A stretch of 32,383 bases of DNA from an uncultured Bdellovibrionales bacterium (lineage in GTDB: Bacteria; Patescibacteriota; Minisyncoccia; Moranbacterales; UBA9337). Below the pieces are notes generated by a model. The model made no database searches. It saw nothing but the letters and a program-made list of their open reading frames with translations, and was not told the DNA's origin. The stretch spans positions 1 through 32,383 of the forward strand of contig CAZRUH010000005.1 of NCBI GenBank assembly GCA_964603325.1, given 5' to 3'. The position numbers were made by a program, and so were the translations under genes. Below, piece by piece: positions 25,944 through 32,383 of the stretch. Each line of letters starts with the position of its first letter. The stretch's first letter is position 1.

Positions 25944-27761
25944 ATGAAAAAATTTTTAAAACAAAAATATAGATTGCTTATAGCCACAATATCAATTGTG
26001 TTTTTAACTGTTTCTGTTTTAAATGCCAATAATGATACTATTACTTTTGATGAAGTTGCACATATTCCGGCAGGATATTCATACCTAACTCAGCATGATA
26101 TGCGTCTGAATCCGGAACACCCTCCGTTAATAAAAAATCTGGCGGGCATTCCTCTGCTTTTTATGAATTTAAATTTTGATACTTCTCAAAAATTTTGGAC
26201 CGAAAAAGTAAATGGGCAATGGGCTGCCGGCAGGCATTTACTCTGGGAAGCGGGAAATAACCCGGATCGCATTATTTTTTGGGCAAGAATACCGATAATT
26301 CTGTTATCTTTGATATTTGGATTATTCATTTTTAAATGGACAAAAGAAATGGCCGGGACACTCGCCGGATTATTAGCATTTGTTTTTTATTCTTTTGATC
26401 CAAATATTTTGGGCCATAATCATTATGTAACAACAGATTTGGGAATTGCGGCATTTTTTACTTTTTCCTTTTATTATTTTTTGAAATTCATCAAAAAACC
26501 AACATGGAAAAACGCTCTTATTGGAGGTATATTTTTGGGTTTGTTGCAGTTAGCAAAGTTTTCATCCATTACAGCGTTTCCCGTATTTGGCTTAATTTTA
26601 ATATTCTACCCTCTCGTTAGCAAAACTCATTCAAGTAAAATTAAAAATTGGTTTAACTATTTATTTAAAGGAGTTGTGGCATTCCTTTTGTCTGTGGCAA
26701 TTGTTTGGCTTTATTATATTCCCAATACCTATAAAATGCCCACTGAAAATTTTCAAAAAACCGCCGATTTCTATTTTTCACCAAATGATTTAAATATCAA
26801 AAATCAAGCTACCAGACAAGTTATGTTGACACTAAACAAAAACAACTTAACTCGCCCGTTAGCAGAGTATCTGCTTGGAGTGGGAATGGTTTTTAAGCGA
26901 GTGGCCGGAGGAAATGGAGCTTATTTTATGGGAGAAGTTTCCGATAATGCTTTTGTCGCTTATTTTCCAACAGTTTTTGCGCTAAAAGAAACCATCCCTT
27001 TTCTTATTCTTTCTTTACTTGCTTTAATATTTACACTTTGGCAAATTTTTTGCTCATTCAAAAAAATAAAAGATTACGATTTTCACAAAAATTTAAATCG
27101 CTTTGTTTTGTGGCTAAGAACAAGTGTTACTTACTACGCGATGTTCGGTTTTATTGTTTTGTATGCTTATCTAAGTATTGCGGGAAATTTAAATATTGGA
27201 TTTAGACACTTGTTTCCCATCCTTCCGTTCTTGTATATTTTAGTCGCTAAAAAAATATTTGACTTCTTTAAATTGTTGCCAAAAGAAAAATCATTTTTTC
27301 CTAAATATATATTTACTTTTCTGTTAATATGGCTAATGATTGAACCAATAGTTAATTATCCTTATTATCTGTCATACTTTAATGAATTCGCCGGTGGTCC
27401 AAAAAACGGCTACCATTATGTAACCGATTCCAATGCTGATTGGGGTCAAGATTTAAAAAGATTGAAGAAGTTCCTTGATAGACACCCCGAAATAAACAAG
27501 ATTAGAGTTGACTATTTTGGCGGAGGAAATCCACAATATTATTTGGGTGATAAATATATCCAATGGTGGGACAGTAAACGACCTATTGAAAAAGGATGGT
27601 ATGCGATATCTACAAATTTTTTACAAGGTAGCGTTTATGATACAAGAATGAAGCCAAACGGAAAGCCACGAAAACCTGATAATGAGTCATGGAGATGGAT
27701 TACAAAATACAATCCGAGTTATCAAGTGGGAACATCCATTTTAATCTATAACATAAAATAA
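25944..27761 (+). CDS. GT-C fold membrane glycosyltransferase (ArnT/PMT-like)
   Basis: TFDEVAHIPAGYSY, NPEHPPLIK, YVTTDLG, AKFS, NIGFRHLFP, YLSYFN, DSNADWGQDL. ATG 25944 avoids overlap with the upstream gene. Confidence 0.87.
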   Translation: MKKFLKQKYRLLIATISIVFLTVSVLNANNDTITFDEVAHIPAGYSYLTQHDMRLNPEHPPLIKNLAGIPLLFMNLNFDTSQKFWTEKVNGQWAAGRHLLWEAGNNPDRIIFWARIPIILLSLIFGLFIFKWTKEMAGTLAGLLAFVFYSFDPNILGHNHYVTTDLGIAAFFTFSFYYFLKFIKKPTWKNALIGGIFLGLLQLAKFSSITAFPVFGLILIFYPLVSKTHSSKIKNWFNYLFKGVVAFLLSVAIVWLYYIPNTYKMPTENFQKTADFYFSPNDLNIKNQATRQVMLTLNKNNLTRPLAEYLLGVGMVFKRVAGGNGAYFMGEVSDNAFVAYFPTVFALKETIPFLILSLLALIFTLWQIFCSFKKIKDYDFHKNLNRFVLWLRTSVTYYAMFGFIVLYAYLSIAGNLNIGFRHLFPILPFLYILVAKKIFDFFKLLPKEKSFFPKYIFTFLLIWLMIEPIVNYPYYLSYFNEFAGGPKNGYHYVTDSNADWGQDLKRLKKFLDRHPEINKIRVDYFGGGNPQYYLGDKYIQWWDSKRPIEKGWYAISTNFLQGSVYDTRMKPNGKPRKPDNESWRWITKYNPSYQVGTSILIYNIK

Positions 27762-27788
27762 AAAACTGCGAATTATTTCGTTTCGCCA

Positions 27789-28691
27789 TTATTCCTTTTT
27801 TTCGAAGTCGTTATTTTCTTCATTGGCTATTTTCTTTTCTTCTTCAACAGCAGCTCCTTTAAGACGGTAAAATGCCTTATTTTCCAAACGCAAATCAATA
27901 TATTCCAATTGATTAAATTCTTTTAATGTAATTTGTTTGTCTAAAACCACCTTTAATGTTTGCGCGGACTTTTCAGGAGGAATTTTCGCGCTTAGCAAAA
28001 TATCCCATCCATTTTTTGTTTGCGCAATAATTTCTTCCGATACGCAAGAATTTGTTCTATAATCATCACGCAACTTTATTCCCAAATAATCATTAAAAAC
28101 CTTTGATATGTTTGTTAAAAAAAATACAAAATTTGCAGACAAAATTTTATCTCCTTTTTTAATTGATTGCTTACTTTCATCAATTAACCTAATAACTTTA
28201 TTTCTGCCAACATTATTTAAATTTGAATCCACCCTAGAATAAGCGACTCCCTTTTGATTAATAAAAAAGCAATCTCCATTAGAACAAACAATCAAAATAT
28301 TATTTCTTTCAACAACACTTACTTTAAGTTTATTGGGAAATTGTTTTTTTATTTTAATTTGTTCAATTTCTTTGAATTCATTTTTCAAATCTTGTTCTTT
28401 GTTTCGTTTATTAAAGAGCAAGATATTATTCTTGGAAATAAAATTAAAATATTCTCCGGAAATATCCTCATTTATTGTGTTTTTTATTTTTTTGGATAAA
28501 GTTTCATCACTTCCATTAACAGAAATGTCGTTAATTACCAAAAAATCTGAAAATATAAAAGAATATATAAACACAAAAAGAAAGACCAAACTTAGCAACA
28601 AAGAAAGCATCTTTGAAAAATATTTTTTTGAATGCTTCTTTTTATTTTTTTTAATATTGGCCCAATGATTTATCTTTTTGTTGGGTATCAT
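27789..28691 (-). CDS. ftsQ: FtsQ/DivIB-like POTRA-domain cell division protein
   Basis: Basic N-terminus, one TM, INDISVNG, IKKQFPNKLKVSVVER, FFINQKG, C-terminal YIDLR. Confidence 0.75.
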   Translation of the reverse strand: MIPNKKINHWANIKKNKKKHSKKYFSKMLSLLLSLVFLFVFIYSFIFSDFLVINDISVNGSDETLSKKIKNTINEDISGEYFNFISKNNILLFNKRNKEQDLKNEFKEIEQIKIKKQFPNKLKVSVVERNNILIVCSNGDCFFINQKGVAYSRVDSNLNNVGRNKVIRLIDESKQSIKKGDKILSANFVFFLTNISKVFNDYLGIKLRDDYRTNSCVSEEIIAQTKNGWDILLSAKIPPEKSAQTLKVVLDKQITLKEFNQLEYIDLRLENKAFYRLKGAAVEEEKKIANEENNDFEKKE

Positions 28692-29599
28692 AGATTTAAA
28701 AATAAGTTTTCCAAAATTAGTTTTTTGTTTAAATTTTGAGTTGTTTTTATTTTTTGCAAAGTCTGATCAATTTTCTCTATTAGATAATAATATCTCTCCC
28801 ACTTCTTGTTATCATCATTCATTTGTCTATATGCTTGAATTCTTAAAAACCATATCCAAAACTCCAGCAAATCTGAGGTTTCTGAAAAATTTTTGGAATA
28901 TTTTTCTGCCAACTCAAACTTTTCAAAATTATTTGAAACAATAATTTTTTTTAATTCTTTAATTTCAAAATCTCTTTTTTCCGTATCGCTTTTTTTCTCT
29001 AAAATTTTTAGAATATTTTTCGGTCTTCCCATTGAATAAACTATTGCCTTATCCAATTCTTCGGATGATAAACTGTTTGCAAAAGCATATCTCATTTCCT
29101 CAAAACTTACCAAATCAAATTGTATTCTTTGACATCTGGATAAAATTGTTTTTAAGATACCCTCCTCTTCACTGGCAACTAAAATTATTATTGATGTTTC
29201 ATTAGGCTCTTCCAGTGTTTTTAATAATGTATTTTGAGAAGAAATGTTTAGTTTCTCTGCATCATCAATAATTAATACCCGGAATTTTCCCCTTGTCGGA
29301 AACAAACTCAACTTATTGCATTCTTTGCGAACATCTCCCACTCCAACCGTTGCTTTATTCTTTTCAATAATATTTTTATTAGACTCCAAATTTAAAACAC
29401 TTAAATTCAATAAGGAGTTGTTCTTGTCATTGTAGTCAATAATTTCTTCATATTCATTTATTAAAGAATTGGCAAATAATTTAGCAACAAACAACTTTCC
29501 GACCCCTTTAGGGCCTGAAAAAAAATATGTTTGCGGAATATTCTTAGAAGCTAAAATATTGTTTAATATTCTGATTTGTTTTTTATGACCGATAATCAT
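28688..29599 (-). CDS. holB: DNA polymerase III delta-prime subunit
   Basis: IIGH, FSGPKGVGK, IIDDAEKLNISSQNTLLKTLEEP, TILSRC; TGA stop overlaps the ftsQ ATG. Confidence 0.88.
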   Translation of the reverse strand: MIIGHKKQIRILNNILASKNIPQTYFFSGPKGVGKLFVAKLFANSLINEYEEIIDYNDKNNSLLNLSVLNLESNKNIIEKNKATVGVGDVRKECNKLSLFPTRGKFRVLIIDDAEKLNISSQNTLLKTLEEPNETSIIILVASEEEGILKTILSRCQRIQFDLVSFEEMRYAFANSLSSEELDKAIVYSMGRPKNILKILEKKSDTEKRDFEIKELKKIIVSNNFEKFELAEKYSKNFSETSDLLEFWIWFLRIQAYRQMNDDNKKWERYYYLIEKIDQTLQKIKTTQNLNKKLILENLFLNL

Positions 29600-30767
29600 A
29601 CAATTTGTCAATGTTTTTTTTCAGTTCTTTTTTAAATTTTTCAACACTAAATTCCTTTGCATATTCTTGGATTTTTTTCTTGTTGTATTTTTTTTCATTG
29701 TTTATAAATCTTCTAACTCCATCCGCAAGCACTTCTGTTGTTTGAGCGTCAAATAATTCTCCGGTTACCCCCCTCTTTACTATTTCTTTAGCGCCACCCC
29801 TATTAATTGCCACAACGGGAATGCCATAATTCATAGCCTCTATCATTGTCATCCCAAAATCATCTATTGTCGGAAATATGAAAGCCCTGGCATTTTCATA
29901 ATACTTCCGTAATTCATCATCATTTTTCCATCCCAGAATTTTTATATTCTTTTTGGAAATTTTTTGTAAATATTTCTTTTGCTCTCCTTCACCAATCACA
30001 ATCAACGGCAATTCTAATTTATTAAAAGCTTCTACTACAAGATTAATTTTTTTATATGCCGATAAACGAGAGACCACTAAAAAATAATTTCTATCTTTTC
30101 TCTTTTTATTTTTCTCTTGTTTATTTTTAACAGAAACTCCCGGATAAATCACATTACTTTCGCGCCTGTAATATTTTTTAATTCGTTCCTGTGTGTATCT
30201 AGAATTAGCGATCAAAACATCCGGTCGTTGTGTTGCTTGATAATCCCATAATCGTAAATAAGTTAAAAACATCCTCTTGCATAATCCAATTTTTTTATTA
30301 TTATCTTTCAAATATTTTTCATTATAATCCCACAAAAACCTTATTGGCGAATGAATATAAGAAATATGCTTTGTATTAAGTCTAGTCACAACTCCCTTAC
30401 TCCATGCTCCGGAAGAAGAAATAATTAAATCAAATTCTCTTAAATCAAACATCTCTATAGCCACCGGCATAAATGGCAACAACAACCGACGATATCTTAT
30501 TTTTAAAATCTTTGGAAATTTTTGCAGAAAAGAAGTTCTTATTATTTTGTCAGAAAACTTCCCTCGCATTTTTTCTTTGTCATAAATCAAAGTATAAATT
30601 GGTGCATCCGGAAACATTTCACATAAAGTTTCCAGAACCTTTTCCGCACCTCCACGCTGAATTAAAAAATCGTGCACAATAGCAATTCTCAGGTGTTTTA
30701 TTCGTTGAGATTGTGATGATATTAATTTATCTATTAAAACTGTTCTGTCATCTTGACTTTTTCCCAT
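29583..30767 (-). CDS. GT4-family (GT-B) glycosyltransferase
   Basis: AIVHDFLIQRGGAEKVL, HSPIRFLWD, IANS, VIYPGV, SRLSAYK, DDFGMTMIEAM. Confidence 0.92.
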   Translation of the reverse strand: MGKSQDDRTVLIDKLISSQSQRIKHLRIAIVHDFLIQRGGAEKVLETLCEMFPDAPIYTLIYDKEKMRGKFSDKIIRTSFLQKFPKILKIRYRRLLLPFMPVAIEMFDLREFDLIISSSGAWSKGVVTRLNTKHISYIHSPIRFLWDYNEKYLKDNNKKIGLCKRMFLTYLRLWDYQATQRPDVLIANSRYTQERIKKYYRRESNVIYPGVSVKNKQEKNKKRKDRNYFLVVSRLSAYKKINLVVEAFNKLELPLIVIGEGEQKKYLQKISKKNIKILGWKNDDELRKYYENARAFIFPTIDDFGMTMIEAMNYGIPVVAINRGGAKEIVKRGVTGELFDAQTTEVLADGVRRFINNEKKYNKKKIQEYAKEFSVEKFKKELKKNIDKLYDYRS

Positions 30768-30820
30768 ATTAGGATAGTTCTTTAAAAGATTTAATCAAAA
30801 AAGTGAATAATCTATAGCTT

Positions 30821-30829
30821 ATTATAGCA
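30821..30829 (-). promoter_or_regulatory. Extended -10 promoter (TGCTATAAT) for GT4-holB-ftsQ
   Basis: Exact TGnTATAAT 53 nt upstream of ATG 30767. Confidence 0.7.
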
Positions 30830-30842
30830 TTTATTCATTTTT

Positions 30843-30851
30843 TGGTATAAA
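30843..30851 (+). promoter_or_regulatory. Possible divergent extended -10 (TGGTATAAA)
   Basis: One mismatch to TGnTATAAT (at the conserved last T); back-to-back with the minus-strand promoter and upstream of the structured region. Confidence 0.3.
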
Positions 30852-30871
30852 AAATTAAAAAGTTAAAAAAG

Positions 30872-30902
30872 GAGAAAGAATGAGAAAATGAGAACTGGAG
30901 AA
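30872..30902 (+). repeat. Four GAGAA direct repeats
   Basis: GAGAA at 30872, 30882, 30890 and 30898, including a tandem AATGAGAA x2 (30879-30894). Confidence 0.6.
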
Positions 30903-31061
30903 AAACAAAAAATAAAAATTGCAATTTTTATTTTAATCGCCGTCACCATTTTTGGCAATTCGGCGATTGAATTTCTTGGCGAGGCAAGATGCCTTGCTAT
31001 CGCCAATTTTGTTGGAGAAATTCTTGCTCCGTTTTTTTTATCGGAGCATTTTTTTTGCTAA
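30888..31061 (+). CDS. Possible 57-aa hydrophobic peptide MRTGEKQKIKIAIFILIAVTIFGNSAIEFLGEARCLAIANFVGEILAPFFLSEHFFC
   Basis: Manual translation (below the track cutoff); AAGGAG at 30869-30874; basic N-terminus plus hydrophobic segment. It lies largely over strong hairpins, so it may be incidental. Confidence 0.3.
   Translation: MRTGEKQKIKIAIFILIAVTIFGNSAIEFLGEARCLAIANFVGEILAPFFLSEHFFC
31025..31056 (+). terminator. Intrinsic terminator-like hairpin
   Basis: TGCTCCG / CGGAGCA stem followed by 8 T. Confidence 0.45.
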
Positions 31062-31145
31062 TTTATTTTTTTGGGTATTATTTTATTTATATACCCAAGA
31101 AAATAATCTATCGACTGAAAAGTCGATAGGAAACAAAAGTTTCCG

Positions 31146-31178
31146 AGGGGTGTTTCACGAAGTGAAACACCCCTTTTT
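31146..31178 (+). terminator. Strong hairpin with T-tract on the plus strand; lies 25 nt past the leuS stop on the minus strand
   Basis: AGGGGTGTTTCAC-GAA-GTGAAACACCCCT 13-bp perfect stem, then TTTT. Confidence 0.55.
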
Positions 31179-31199
31179 AATATCATTTTTTTCAGAAAC

Positions 31200-32383
31200 C
31201 TATACCACAATACTTATTAACCTTCCTTTCACAAAAATCACTTTTTTAATTTCTTTGCCATCGGTATATTGCTTAATTTTTTCAGACTGCAGAGCTTTTT
31301 CCTTGGCCTTTTCTTCGGAAATATCCGCTGATACTTGCATTTTATCTCGTACTTTACCATTAATTTGAATAACCATTTCCACAGATTCATCTTGAATCAT
31401 TTTCGGATTATATTTCGGCCAGGATTGATTGAAAATGAAATCTTCTTTTTTTGTAGCTTCTTTTTCTAAAACGTCATTTTTTTGCAACTTTAAAAATTCA
31501 TTCCATAAAATTTTTAAATCTTCGCTCCGTACTTCTTTTTCAACCTCATCAAAAGTTAACCAAGTTAAATTAAATTTTTCATGTGCTTCCAATTGCTGTT
31601 TAACTTGTTTATTGTTTGCTAATTTTATAAATATGCCCTGCACCAAAGCTTTTCTGTTTACACCCCTTGGTTTAGAATAAAATTCAGTTATAAACTTATC
31701 ACCGAGTAATTTAATAGTTTTTATATTATAATAGCCAGTCTCTTCTTGTAATTCCCTTTTGGCAGCTTGCTCTAGCGTCTCTCCTTTTTTAATTCCACCA
31801 ACGACAAAAGACTTCATATTTAAATTGTCCCAATTAAGCATCAGAACTTTATCATCTTTCCAATGTTTTATAATGCAATTAACATTACTCCTTTTTATTG
31901 TTTTTTTACCACTCCTTGGGGGATTTGCATTGTCAATAAAATGAGGAGTATTATTAGACAATAAGGCAAATAACTCTTCCGCAATATGCGGAGCAAAGGG
32001 AGATAATAAAATTAAAAATCCTTTCATTGCTGACATTGGCAGTGTCTTATGTTTAGAACATTCATTTATAAATATCATCAATTTGGAAATCGCTGTATTA
32101 AATCTTAAATTTTCTATATCTTCCGTAACTCCTTTAATAGTTTTATGCCATAGAGGAGGAATAGTTTTAGCGATGTCTCCACATTCTCCTGCCCCACATT
32201 CTACTAATTCTTTTTCATTAAATATTCTCCAAACTTTTTCCAAAAACCGATAGACACCTTTTACTCCTTCTTCTTTAAACATAACATCTTCCTCTAATGG
32301 ACCAGCAAACATCATATACATTCTTGTGGCATCAGCGCCAAATTTTTCTACCATATCATTGGGATTAATAACATTTCCTTTGG
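31200..32383 (-). CDS. leuS: Leucine--tRNA ligase, C-terminal part (5' end outside the window), with inserted NUDIX domain
   Basis: Frame open to the window edge (KGNVINPNDMVEKFGADATRMYMMFAGP, the segment that follows KMSKS), FNTAISKLM, LLSPFAPHIAEEL, WP, IQINGKVR, KKVIFVKGRLISIVV C-terminus. Confidence 0.95.
   Translation of the reverse strand, partial: KGNVINPNDMVEKFGADATRMYMMFAGPLEEDVMFKEEGVKGVYRFLEKVWRIFNEKELVECGAGECGDIAKTIPPLWHKTIKGVTEDIENLRFNTAISKLMIFINECSKHKTLPMSAMKGFLILLSPFAPHIAEELFALLSNNTPHFIDNANPPRSGKKTIKRSNVNCIIKHWKDDKVLMLNWDNLNMKSFVVGGIKKGETLEQAAKRELQEETGYYNIKTIKLLGDKFITEFYSKPRGVNRKALVQGIFIKLANNKQVKQQLEAHEKFNLTWLTFDEVEKEVRSEDLKILWNEFLKLQKNDVLEKEATKKEDFIFNQSWPKYNPKMIQDESVEMVIQINGKVRDKMQVSADISEEKAKEKALQSEKIKQYTDGKEIKKVIFVKGRLISIVV

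Larger units (their letters stand above)
30909..31178 (+). ncRNA. Candidate structured RNA or composite palindromic element (eight consecutive hairpins)
   Basis: Inverted repeats at 30909-30934, 30935-30968, 30969-31023, 31025-31048, 31063-31106, 31108-31129, 31129-31144 and 31146-31174; several G-U pairs and a GAAA tetraloop favour the plus strand. Confidence 0.45.

Noticed and set aside
27767-27786. Possible terminator between the convergent GT-C and ftsQ genes
   Set aside because: Only a 5-bp stem (GCGAA/TTCGC or TTCGT); too weak to call.
30872-31178. CRISPR array, integron attC sites, tRNA, tmRNA, SRP or RNase P RNA as explanation for the hairpin cluster
   Set aside because: The hairpins differ in sequence (no repeat-spacer pattern); no attC R-boxes, T-arm/CCA or other family hallmarks seen; no cas or integrase gene nearby.
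30952-31368. 138-aa plus-strand ORF in the track
   Set aside because: TTG start, crosses several hairpins and terminator-like sites, overlaps the leuS 3' end antisense, and has no recognisable motif.
31443-31958. Intein or intron in leuS
   Set aside because: The insert is in frame, has no recognisable intein splicing termini (no His-Asn end) or homing endonuclease motifs, and carries a Nudix box instead.
1-32383. Alternative genetic code (UGA = Gly, as in Gracilibacteria/Absconditabacteria)
   Set aside because: Genes are full length under code 11, and holB ends at a TGA at its expected C-terminus, overlapping the next ATG.

Overview
AT-rich (roughly 30% GC, judged by eye) bacterial chromosomal window read in the standard genetic code. 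Gene content and style point to a Patescibacteria/CPR genome (Parcubacteria/Moranbacteria-like; inference). A ~19.5-kb minus-strand run of 14 tightly packed genes (24197 to 4695) starts with a T4SS-like module (1097-aa orphan protein, DUF5663-like protein, small hypothetical, VirD4/TraG-like ATPase, VirB2-like pilin). It continues with a PfkB kinase, an FtsA-like ATPase, gap, a D-aminoacylase homolog with altered active-site residues, murD, trxB, a GT4, a DUF4012 protein and a Pif1 helicase. Next come an orphan wzt plus cysC, a 36-bp palindrome, a small membrane protein and a secreted LCAT/lipase-like hydrolase that the ORF track missed because it runs off the left edge. To the right are two divergent GT-C glycosyltransferases, ftsQ-like, holB, a GT4, a ~430-bp intergenic region tiled by eight hairpins (candidate novel structured RNA or palindromic element, also holding a 57-codon hydrophobic ORF), and the 3' part of leuS carrying an intact NUDIX domain inserted in its anticodon-binding region. 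No rRNA, tRNA, CRISPR array, transposase or integrase was recognised. All family calls rest on motif recognition only; no searches were run.
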